Shown: positions 50,061 to 58,550 of the stretch, piece by piece
How the letters are laid out: every line of letters begins with the position of its first letter
How positions within the stretch are numbered: position 1 is the stretch's first letter
Source of the DNA: Promethearchaeota archaeon
GTDB lineage: Archaea > Asgardarchaeota > Lokiarchaeia > Sigyniarchaeales > SOKP01
Reading direction: 5' to 3'
Assembly: GCA_048940645.1 (NCBI GenBank)
Contig: JBHLOI010000008.1
Span: 28,926-92,925, forward strand
Length of the DNA stretch: 64,000 nt
Translations under genes and position numbers: made by a program
The notes under the pieces: model-generated
The model's database searches: none
Told to the model about the DNA's origin: nothing
Seen by the model: the letters and a program-made list of their open reading frames with translations, nothing else

Positions 50061-50576
50061 GTGAAATTAAAAGTGGATCAAGAGCAATTAAAAGATTTTT
50101 TTAGATATGCTCTCTCAAGGCTTGATGTTGCTTGGTTCCGCATGACGGAAAAAAAATATGGAATCAATATAGCATATGAAATTGATTCAGATGTAATGGA
50201 AGATTGGTACATGAGAATGGCTAGATACGTTAAAAAAATGCTAAATCTTGAAGACTTCAACCTTGATACATATTTCAAGACATTTAAAAAAGCTGAGGGA
50301 GCATTAAACGAATTATTTGAAGCGAAAGGGGAGGAAGAGTTTAAGAAGAATAAGATTATTACCAGAACTACTCAATGCTCTCAATGGGATGAGATTCAAA
50401 AAGCGGGTTTTGCAGATTATGCAAAAGCAGGTAAAATGTGTACCACAGCTCATATTGCTGCTCATAGAGGTATGTTGAAAGGTTTGTTCCCAAATAAAAA
50501 TTTTAGATTCAATCTTACTAAGAGAATACCTGCGGGAGATAATTGTTGCGAAATAGAAATTGAATTAGAAGAATAA
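50061..50576 (+). CDS. DUF6125 / V4R-like (ATC hydrolase-like) protein
   Basis: LD.AWF..E.KYG, C..W, C, KRIP.GD.CCE. Confidence 0.7.
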   Translation: MKLKVDQEQLKDFFRYALSRLDVAWFRMTEKKYGINIAYEIDSDVMEDWYMRMARYVKKMLNLEDFNLDTYFKTFKKAEGALNELFEAKGEEEFKKNKIITRTTQCSQWDEIQKAGFADYAKAGKMCTTAHIAAHRGMLKGLFPNKNFRFNLTKRIPAGDNCCEIEIELEE

Positions 50577-50669
50577 TTAACCTGATAAATAAGCCTAATA
50601 ATATTACTATAGAATTTTCTATTCTTTTTTTTTAGAGTAAAGTAAAAAAAAGAGTGAAATTCATATGCT

Positions 50670-51146
50670 TTATTCAGATTTAATCAGATTCTTTTTCTGA
50701 TCTATTTTATATTTTTCACGAGCAAAAAAAATTAGTAATGGAATTAATAACTCATATAAACCTTTTCCTAAATCTGTTAGTTCATAACTGACTCGAATGG
50801 GTTGTGTATTACTTACTGTTCGAGTTACAACATGATTTTTTTCAAATTCTTTCAAGCGCGTTGTTAACGTGCGTGAATTTATATTTGGTAAAGCCCGACG
50901 AATATCATTGAAAAATGGTTTTTCTTTAATTCTGATGATATATATTAGATCCATTGTCCATTTTTTTTGTAAAAAATTTAGTGCATCGTTGAGAAAAAGT
51001 AACTCTTTTTGTATATGAGCATCATCATGCTCAAAAGTTTCGAAATCCTTTTTAAGTCCCTTCATTACCGCTTCACGCATTAAAGGTATTTGTTCATCCA
51101 TCTCTTTCCATATAATGGAAAGCTCTTTAATCAATTTAATTTCCAT
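50670..51146 (-). CDS. HxlR family winged-helix regulator
   Basis: KKWT..I..FNDI..LP.I..RTL..RLKE..P..V.Y.LT..G. Confidence 0.9.
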   Translation of the reverse strand: MEIKLIKELSIIWKEMDEQIPLMREAVMKGLKKDFETFEHDDAHIQKELLFLNDALNFLQKKWTMDLIYIIRIKEKPFFNDIRRALPNINSRTLTTRLKEFEKNHVVTRTVSNTQPIRVSYELTDLGKGLYELLIPLLIFFAREKYKIDQKKNLIKSE

Positions 51147-51163
51147 AAAGTCTCAACTCGTTT

Positions 51164-52087
51164 CTATGATAGACTATCTACGAATTTCTTCACATTTTTC
51201 AAAGCTTTTCTAAATTCAGGTGTTAGTTTTCCTAGTACTGGAATTGCTGCAAAAATCAGAAATGCATGAAACATTCCTTCCCACAGATCAACAGTTACGG
51301 AAACTCCCTGTTTTTCCATTTTTTCGGCAATAATTAGAGAATCATTGAGTAACATTTCTCTTGTCCCCACTTGTAGAAATATCGGAGGAAATCCATTGAA
51401 GTCAGCAAAAATAGGTGAGATTTCCGGATTTTCAGGATATTCCGCTTGTAGATAAGCTTTAGCACTAGTTTCCAGATTTTCAATATTGAAAAAAACATCT
51501 TGCTCAACTTTCGTATTCAAAGTTTCACTTGTTAAGGTTAGGTCAGTCCAGGGCGACAAACATATAGCTGCTTTTGGTTGAGGTAAATTTTGTATTCCAA
51601 TTCGATAAAGCAACGCTAAAGCCAATCCACCTCCTGCAGAATCACCCATGATAATTATTCTATCTGCCGGAATGGATTTCTCTTCCAATAACCATTTATA
51701 TGCAAAAAAGGCGTCATCTAAACCAGCGGGGTAAGGATCTTCTGGAGCAAGCCGGTAATTTATACTGTATGCATTAAGATATAACTTTTTGCACAATATC
51801 GATACGAACCTTCTGTGAGATATATAAGATCCGCTAAAATATCCTCCCCCATGAAAATATAGCATGACTGTTGAAACTGAGTCTTCTGAATTTAAAGAAT
51901 ATTTTTCTGCGGAAATATTTCCTATTTGAATTTCTTCAAGAGTAACACCTTTGGCAGGCTTCATCTTTAAAAACATTTTTTCAAATTCTACTCTAAATTC
52001 CTTTACATTCTTCATATCAAAGATAAAATCCTTTTGTACTTCCATCTTCTTCATTATCATATTCGCAAACATACTTACCATTTTCAA
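51164..52087 (-). CDS. HSL-family esterase/lipase (alpha/beta hydrolase fold 3)
   Basis: HGGGY, YRLAPE, GDSAGG, SPWTD, GMFHAF. Confidence 0.93.
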   Translation of the reverse strand: MKMVSMFANMIMKKMEVQKDFIFDMKNVKEFRVEFEKMFLKMKPAKGVTLEEIQIGNISAEKYSLNSEDSVSTVMLYFHGGGYFSGSYISHRRFVSILCKKLYLNAYSINYRLAPEDPYPAGLDDAFFAYKWLLEEKSIPADRIIIMGDSAGGGLALALLYRIGIQNLPQPKAAICLSPWTDLTLTSETLNTKVEQDVFFNIENLETSAKAYLQAEYPENPEISPIFADFNGFPPIFLQVGTREMLLNDSLIIAEKMEKQGVSVTVDLWEGMFHAFLIFAAIPVLGKLTPEFRKALKNVKKFVDSLS

Positions 52088-52162
52088 ATCACCTTATATT
52101 AAATTTTATTATACTTTTCATTATATTATATTTAGACTATTTTTTCCACTTGATGTATTGAA

Positions 52163-52193
52163 TACATTAGGTTTAAAAATTAAACCTAATGTA
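52163..52193. promoter_or_regulatory. perfect 14-bp inverted repeat, candidate operator of the esterase-hxlR operon
   Basis: tacattaggtttaa-aaa-ttaaacctaatgta between a minus-strand TTTAAATA box (~52210) and the esterase start. Confidence 0.6.
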
Positions 52194-52304
52194 CAATAAA
52201 CATACTAAGTATTTAAAGATATAAGTGTTTTGAATTCAACTAAGTGAAGTAAAATTCACCTACTTACTCTCATGATTGTATGTCGTAACTTGATCCAATT
52301 AAAA

Positions 52305-53273
52305 TTAATCCCATATATTTGAAGGCTCAAGTATATTTGGACAATAAGGTCGTAGAAATTTCTGCGCACTATAACACACATGGCATTTATCGGCATATCT
52401 CTCTAATGGTTCATACCCTTTTTCAATGGCCAGCTCAAGGAGACTACCCACCCCTCCTTTACCCATGACTTTGCCTATTATAGGATGTTTTCTAGGCTTA
52501 AACTCACTAATTATTTTTAATAATGAATCTTTTTTTGCATTTCCCAAACAAATACCTTGACATCCTTGGCTGAAAACCCATCCGTTAGGATCTATCATAT
52601 ACATAGGCGCCCTAAAAATAGAGCACTTTTCTGAAGGTACGGAATTTATAGGGTAATATTCTAAAAGATTTTTTATGGCTCGTCCTCTTACTTGTAATGG
52701 ACTTTTTATTATTTGACAGAATTTAAACTCATTAGAGATGTTTTTACATATCTTGTTTGTTTCGTTATTGAAAGAATTTGATTCATTTGGAGCACCTATA
52801 GTTTGGGCAATAATAAGTATGGTTTCTATCTCTGCTTTATGAGCTGCTTTAATTGCTCGCTTTACATTTTCAAGAGGAATAAACTCTTGGTGGAACGCGT
52901 CAGCACTAAACCCAATTAAATTAACTCCAACCTCCTTTAGTTTTAGAGCGTATTTTTTGGCAGTCTCCTCATCTTTACCCCAATAACCGTTCGTTGGTAG
53001 TCCTATTTTCGGAATATCAAACTTTTTTGCCTCTTCAATGAGACTTATCAGTAAATTATAATTTAATAGAGGTTCCCCTCCAAAAAAATTAACTTCACTG
53101 ATATTATAATTTTGAGTAATATTTTCCAAATACGTTCTTACATCTTCTGGTTGAACCGTAATATCTTCTTGATTCGGAGATGCTTGAAGCGCACAATGTT
53201 TACATTCGTTTGTACATTTATAAGATACTAAAAAAGTAAGCATATTAATTGTTTTTTTCGTACTTTCACTCAT
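52305..53273 (-). CDS. radical SAM protein
   Basis: CTNECKHC, FFGGEP, TNGYW, SADAFH, C-terminal C..C. Confidence 0.9.
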   Translation of the reverse strand: MSESTKKTINMLTFLVSYKCTNECKHCALQASPNQEDITVQPEDVRTYLENITQNYNISEVNFFGGEPLLNYNLLISLIEEAKKFDIPKIGLPTNGYWGKDEETAKKYALKLKEVGVNLIGFSADAFHQEFIPLENVKRAIKAAHKAEIETILIIAQTIGAPNESNSFNNETNKICKNISNEFKFCQIIKSPLQVRGRAIKNLLEYYPINSVPSEKCSIFRAPMYMIDPNGWVFSQGCQGICLGNAKKDSLLKIISEFKPRKHPIIGKVMGKGGVGSLLELAIEKGYEPLERYADKCHVCYSAQKFLRPYCPNILEPSNIWD

Positions 53274-53280
53274 ATTTATA

Positions 53281-53862
53281 TCACCTTTTTTTCTTCATTT
53301 CCTCCTTAATTTTCAAAATGGTTTCGTCAAAATCTTTAATATAACCATTCATTCTGTCTATATTTTCTTTAATTGAAGCTCTCATATCCTCGAGTAATTT
53401 AAGTCTTTCCTGAAGTGTTAAATCTCCCGTGAACTTGTCTGGTTTCATAGCAGTTGGTAACATTTGTATATTTGGCACATCTTCGTAATGTTCAAGCTCT
53501 TCAATATCAATTGAACCTCCATTTTGTATGGCAGATGACAAAAAGCGACGATAAGTTTTTCTTATTTTTCTTTGAGATTGTTTCATGAGCTTAAGCGCTT
53601 GTTTCCCCATATCCGTAATTTCATATATTTTTTTGTTCTTTTCTTCTTCTTTTATTCTTATAAATCCTTTTTCCCTTTGATTATTTAATATCCAATATAA
53701 GGATGATGCAGTAGGTTTCCACATTCCTAAAGTACGTTTTTCAATCTCTAATCCTATTTTATATCCATGAGAGGGGCTAATCTCAAGAATAGTAAGAACA
53801 AAAATATTTACAAAATTCTTTTTCAACACTTTTTCGAAGTTTTTGTGATAATTTTCAACCAT
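53281..53862 (-). CDS. PadR family transcriptional regulator
   Basis: HGYKI...W.P...SLY..L...KK.Y.IT..G. Confidence 0.9.
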   Translation of the reverse strand: MVENYHKNFEKVLKKNFVNIFVLTILEISPSHGYKIGLEIEKRTLGMWKPTASSLYWILNNQREKGFIRIKEEEKNKKIYEITDMGKQALKLMKQSQRKIRKTYRRFLSSAIQNGGSIDIEELEHYEDVPNIQMLPTAMKPDKFTGDLTLQERLKLLEDMRASIKENIDRMNGYIKDFDETILKIKEEMKKKR

Positions 53863-53904
53863 TTTTACTCAAACTCAGAATTAAATTATATATGGTGAAA
53901 GTAT

Positions 53905-53934
53905 TATTACAGTAACCGTATTACAGTGACTGAT
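53905..53934. promoter_or_regulatory. tandem imperfect palindromes upstream of padR, candidate auto-operator
   Basis: tattacagtaaccg tattacagtgactg. Confidence 0.5.
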
Positions 53935-54020
53935 ATATTTTTTTTAATATTTAAAATTTGCCCACTAGTTCTTCTATCATCCCTATCCCTATCTAAAAAA
54001 TTATAATTTTTTCAAAGTAA

Positions 54021-54093
54021 TTTTCATTGAAATCAGACTCTGAATTTACCTTTCCATTCCAATTTCATAGGAAATTGGGACAAAATTTAAAAA
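54021..54093 (+). repeat. dispersed hairpin repeat, copy B (long, two-hairpin form)
   Basis: ttttcattgaaatcagactctgaatttacctttccattccaatttcataggaaattgggacaaaatttaaaaa. Confidence 0.85.
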
Positions 54094-54188
54094 TCAAAAT
54101 GTTTAAATGAAGAAGGCATCTGATCTTTGCTAATAATCTATTTATATATCTTCGATGAAATAGATAATAATAGAAAAAAAAGATTAGA

Positions 54189-54725
54189 ATGATTATGGTA
54201 GATTTCAACTACTTTAAGAAAAATTTATGGCTTTCTGCTTTACTAGGAGGAATCGTTGGCTTAATTGCTTTTTTCACGCCAGCATGGAGTTATTCAGCGT
54301 TATTAACCGAGGCTGCGGTTGTATGGCTATGGAATATGATATATTATATCAATGATGGTCTAGGTGTGATGAGTGGTCAAATAGTATTTATTCCTACTGA
54401 AGAAGCTATATTTTCTCTCGGAATTATTTGTACTCTTATACTTATTATTGGAGCTGTAATTCTTTTAGTACCAGCTATATTGGGGAAACGGAAATCTGTA
54501 AGGATCTACAACATCTTATGGCTTATAGGAGGGATATTATCTATCATCAGTCCAATTATCTATTTAGTTGGATCTGAGGTTTATTCTAGTGGTTTCTGGA
54601 CTCATTATATTGTAAGTGCTGGTTTAATATTACCCTTCATTGCTGGTGCATTTGGTCTCTCTGCAGGAATAACTGGCATATTAAAACAACGTGAACAAAA
54701 GGATGAAATAGATAAAAAATTTTAA
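54189..54725 (+). CDS. hypothetical four-TM membrane protein
   Basis: four hydrophobic helices; FTPAW, W.W, G..LPFIAG. Confidence 0.75.
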   Translation: MIMVDFNYFKKNLWLSALLGGIVGLIAFFTPAWSYSALLTEAAVVWLWNMIYYINDGLGVMSGQIVFIPTEEAIFSLGIICTLILIIGAVILLVPAILGKRKSVRIYNILWLIGGILSIISPIIYLVGSEVYSSGFWTHYIVSAGLILPFIAGAFGLSAGITGILKQREQKDEIDKKF

Positions 54726-54739
54726 AGAATTCTTTTTTT

Positions 54740-54889
54740 TTATAAATACAAGGTAAATTTATAAATATCTTCTTTAATTTTGGATATTTGCTTAACTTTT
54801 TTTTCTACTTCATCCATTCCTTGTATATCTTCCTCTGAAGCTGCTTGTTCATCCATATATGCCTTTTGTACTTTAACATTTTTTCCAAT
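54740..54889 (-). pseudogene. truncated gene fragment abutting repeat copy C
   Basis: IGKNVKVQKAYMDEQAASEEDIQGMDEVEKKVKQISKIKEDIYKFTLYL*; open frame begins at the repeat edge. Confidence 0.4.
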
Positions 54890-54892
54890 GAA

Positions 54893-54927
54893 TTTTCATT
54901 GAAATCAGACTCTGAATTTACTTTTTC
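54893..54927 (+). repeat. dispersed hairpin repeat, copy C
   Basis: ttttcattgaaatcagactctgaatttactttttc. Confidence 0.85.
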
Positions 54928-55103
54928 ATACTATTTATAAGCACCTTCAGTTTAACTCTCACTACTAGTATAGTCATTTTTTTAAAAGATATTTAGATGA
55001 GATAAGAACTATCTTTTCTTGAATATGATGCGAAAAGTAAATTTAGATTACATCTTCTTCGAAATCCAATTCTTAAGATCTCCCAATTTCTTTGGGATAT
55101 AAA

Positions 55104-55859
55104 TTAAGATAATTTGCTAATCATTTCTTTAGCAGTTTTGTTATTCGGATCAATACTTAAGATTTCATTGAAACATGTGATTGCTTTCTGCTTTTTTTTT
55201 AAGTCTGAAAAAGCATTACCTTTGTTTAATAGAAATTTAATTTTCATAGATTTTTGAGGATTCAAGGATAATCCTTCATCAAGTGCCTTTATTGCTTCCT
55301 TACTTTTCCCGCATCTCTGAAGCGCCGTACCTTTATTATACCATAATGTATTATCCTTGGGATTAAGCGATAATGCCTCATTTGTAAATTTAATACTCTC
55401 ATCATATTTCTTGAGCATTGTCAATAAATATCCAAGACTATGTAAAGTAGAAAATCTTTGTTCCTTAGTTATATCCATTTCCAAAACTCTTTTATAACAT
55501 CTAACACCTTCTTCAAAATTCCTTATCTTAGTACAGATTGAGGCTTTTAATCCATATAAATTAGGGATATTAGGAGCAATATTTATTCCTTTATCCAAAA
55601 ATTCTAATGCGGGCTTGAAATTCCCTTGTTTGTATAATAGATATGCCTTTTTTAAATAAGAATTAATAACACCCGAGATATATTCCCATTCTCTTCCTTG
55701 AGCAGCTAAATTTGCTAAAAAGTTAGCTCTTAAGCTTTTAAGATCAAGATCATCTGGTTTAATTTCTTGTGCTTCGTCATACACCCACATCGCTTCAACA
55801 ATTTTGCCCTCTCTGACAAGCGCTTCAGCTTTTTTAATCAAACTTTCAAAAGATTCCAT
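55104..55859 (-). CDS. tetratricopeptide repeat protein
   Basis: WYNKG..L..G...EAI...D..L.LNP repeats. Confidence 0.9.
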   Translation of the reverse strand: MESFESLIKKAEALVREGKIVEAMWVYDEAQEIKPDDLDLKSLRANFLANLAAQGREWEYISGVINSYLKKAYLLYKQGNFKPALEFLDKGINIAPNIPNLYGLKASICTKIRNFEEGVRCYKRVLEMDITKEQRFSTLHSLGYLLTMLKKYDESIKFTNEALSLNPKDNTLWYNKGTALQRCGKSKEAIKALDEGLSLNPQKSMKIKFLLNKGNAFSDLKKKQKAITCFNEILSIDPNNKTAKEMISKLS

Positions 55860-55982
55860 AGTGATACACCACTTTAATCTCGTTATTATTAATATGAACG
55901 AAAATATCGAATTATTATCTTTTTAATTTAGCCAAAATTAATGATAATATAAAAATACTCTTTTTTATCAAAGAAAATCTCT

Positions 55983-56029
55983 TTGAAATCAGCCGCTGAA
56001 TTTACCTTTCCATCCAATTGATTAGGAGA
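55983..56029 (+). repeat. dispersed hairpin repeat, copy D
   Basis: ttgaaatcagccgctgaatttacctttccatccaatt. Confidence 0.75.
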
Positions 56030-56169
56030 AAGAACCATTCTTCAAGTTGCTGAACATTTTAATATGTTTAAAAATCGAACCCAGGAGAGCGCTCTTTTAA
56101 TTACAAAAATGTTAAAAATATATTTATAATTTTATATAATGCAATCTATACATTTTAGGTAACCGTAAT

Positions 56170-57189
56170 ATGAAATCTAGCGTAAAATCAAAAATAATAA
56201 TTTTAATTACTTTAGGGATCATTTTCGCTTTTTCACCCATAATTACCACTAATCTAAATCCTAACGCGGGAATTATTGACAAAAATACAGAATTTTGCTT
56301 TGATTTTGAAAATTTGAAAATCTCAAAGATATCAGGAAAAATCCATATCATCGGTAATTCGGGGTGGGTTGATTTTAAAAACGATGGAAATTGTATAGGT
56401 TCAGGCACTTACTCTGATCCTTATGTAATAGAAGATTTAATAATAGATGGTGAAGGTTCGGGAAGTTGTATCTTAATTGAGAATTCCTATGTTTACTTTA
56501 GGATTGAAAATTGTACTCTGTACAATTCATTAGGATGGAAGGAGGCAGGAATTAAATTAATGAATGTCAACAACGCCCTCTTAATAAACAATACATGTTC
56601 TTTTAATTATAATGGAATTTATTTAGAGTCTTGTGATTATAACACCATAACGAAGAATACAGTACAAAATAGTTTACATAATGGAATAATATTAGAATTT
56701 GAGACTTTGCCAATAAGTTATTGTAACTTCAATATAGTGTCAAAGAATATTGTAAGAAACAATACTGATCATGGGATAGTTATTTTTGGGGATTATAACT
56801 CTGTTTTAGAAAATATCGTATGTAAAAACGATCAGTATGGTTTACATTTAAAATACTGTGACAATAGCATTATTTTGGAGAACTATGTAGGCGACAATCG
56901 TTTTTACGGGATATATTTGGGTGAAACTGATAATAACAATATTGCGGGAAATTCTATAAAAGAAAATCATATAGGAATCTATTTAGAATTTAGTAATTAT
57001 AACAATGTCACGGGAAATATTTTAATCAGAAATGATGTATGTATTGTTGAAAATCATTGTGAAGGTAATATTTTTAAAAATAACTATTGTATTAAAAAAG
57101 GAGTAATTTCAGGATATAATCTAATCTTTCTGATTGGTATTCTATCCGCTGTAGCAATCCTTGTATGTAAAAAAGTAATGAAATCTTAA
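56170..57189 (+). CDS. NosD/CASH beta-helix surface protein with Loki-CTERM-like sorting signal
   Basis: CIGSGTYSDPYVIEDL; C-terminal ISGYNL + TM + KK. Confidence 0.88.
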   Translation: MKSSVKSKIIILITLGIIFAFSPIITTNLNPNAGIIDKNTEFCFDFENLKISKISGKIHIIGNSGWVDFKNDGNCIGSGTYSDPYVIEDLIIDGEGSGSCILIENSYVYFRIENCTLYNSLGWKEAGIKLMNVNNALLINNTCSFNYNGIYLESCDYNTITKNTVQNSLHNGIILEFETLPISYCNFNIVSKNIVRNNTDHGIVIFGDYNSVLENIVCKNDQYGLHLKYCDNSIILENYVGDNRFYGIYLGETDNNNIAGNSIKENHIGIYLEFSNYNNVTGNILIRNDVCIVENHCEGNIFKNNYCIKKGVISGYNLIFLIGILSAVAILVCKKVMKS

Positions 57190-57276
57190 ACTTGAATTAA
57201 AATTTTTTAGTTTTTTCTATCTTGTGTTAACCTCTTTAAAATAGATATTTTATTGAGTTCATAATTAGCGTTTAGT

Positions 57277-57349
57277 TTTTCATTGAAATCAGACGTTGAA
57301 TTTACCGTTCCAACCCAATTTCAAAGGAAATTGAAACAAAATTTAAAAA
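57277..57349 (+). repeat. dispersed hairpin repeat, copy E (long form)
   Basis: ttttcattgaaatcagacgttgaatttaccgttccaacccaatttcaaaggaaattgaaacaaaatttaaaaa. Confidence 0.85.
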
Positions 57350-57493
57350 AGCTCGAAGCTGATATCTTCTAAAACGGAGGAAAATACAAATGGGTAAAAA
57401 ATCCAAATTACTCTTTGATTTTTAATGAAGACAAAACTTTTTTAGTAATCTTAATTCAATAACAAGTTAAAAAAAAAAAGGTGGTATATAACG

Positions 57494-58306
57494 ATGGGAG
57501 TAGTCAAAATGCTAATAGGTAAGGCTAAATTTAACGCATGGAAAAAAAAGAATATTGTTGAAGATTATGTTGATATCGGAGATATCAAAATATACTATGC
57601 TATATTTGGTACTGGAGAGCCCGTTTTTTTATTACACGGTGGTATGGTGGATTACACTAGTTGGTTTTTCCAAATCAAAGAATTAGCAAAATATTTTAGG
57701 ATCATCACTCCGGATACTCGAGCACATGGAAGGACAACAGATTCAGATAAACCTCTAAGTTATCAGCTCTTTGCTTCAGATATTTCTAAATTGATGGAAA
57801 AATTAGATATAAAAAAAGCGAGCTTCATTGGTTGGAGTGATGGGGGTTGCACTTCATTGGTTCTCGGTCTAGATTATCCCGAATTAGTAAATAAGCTAGT
57901 ATTAATTGGTACTCCCTATAATATATCTAATTATTATCCAGATATCTTTGAACAATTTGGTAATGTTGATCCTAATAATTTACCTAAAGGTTATAAATTT
58001 ATTAAGAAAGCATATGAAAAAGTAGCGTCTAATCCAGATAATTGGCCAAATCTACTCAAAAAAGGAATGGATATGGCATTAAAAGAACCAAACTTCACGT
58101 TAGAACAATTGAAGAACATTGAAAACCCTTCACTTATAATTGATGGAGAAAAAGAACAACTTTACCCATTAAAAGCTATTCAAGAAATGGCTGATGCTAT
58201 ACCTGATGCGCGACTCGAAGTTATCCCAGGTGGAACACATTTAGTTCTCATGGAGAAACCTAAACTAGTAAATCAACTGATTGTAAGCTTTTTAAAGAAT
58301 GATTAA
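57494..58306 (+). CDS. alpha/beta hydrolase
   Basis: LLHGG, DTRAHGRT, GWSDGG, terminal H. Confidence 0.92.
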   Translation: MGVVKMLIGKAKFNAWKKKNIVEDYVDIGDIKIYYAIFGTGEPVFLLHGGMVDYTSWFFQIKELAKYFRIITPDTRAHGRTTDSDKPLSYQLFASDISKLMEKLDIKKASFIGWSDGGCTSLVLGLDYPELVNKLVLIGTPYNISNYYPDIFEQFGNVDPNNLPKGYKFIKKAYEKVASNPDNWPNLLKKGMDMALKEPNFTLEQLKNIENPSLIIDGEKEQLYPLKAIQEMADAIPDARLEVIPGGTHLVLMEKPKLVNQLIVSFLKND

Positions 58307-58550
58307 ATTGTTCAATGGAATTCAAGAGAGTGTAAAATGTCTCTTAGATTTTCATTCGCATTGGTGAAAATGCTAATACGAATCCGATGATCATCTTTAA
58401 AAACCGAAAGATGTATACTTTTAACCTTAAAAATTCCTGTTGATTTAAATTCAATAACACTCTCATAAGCAAGTGTTCCATCTCTTTTTTATCCAAAAAA
58501 GTCATTAATTAGAGAGAAGCTATTTATATATCGTTGTTTAAATACACTTT

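Noticed and set aside
50009-57349. CRISPR array
   Set aside because: Copies are 0.9-4 kb apart with whole genes between them; there are no regular spacers and no cas genes.
58310-58505. Possible small minus-strand ORF or remnant
   Set aside because: Two competing short frames with no recognisable motif; cannot be supported.
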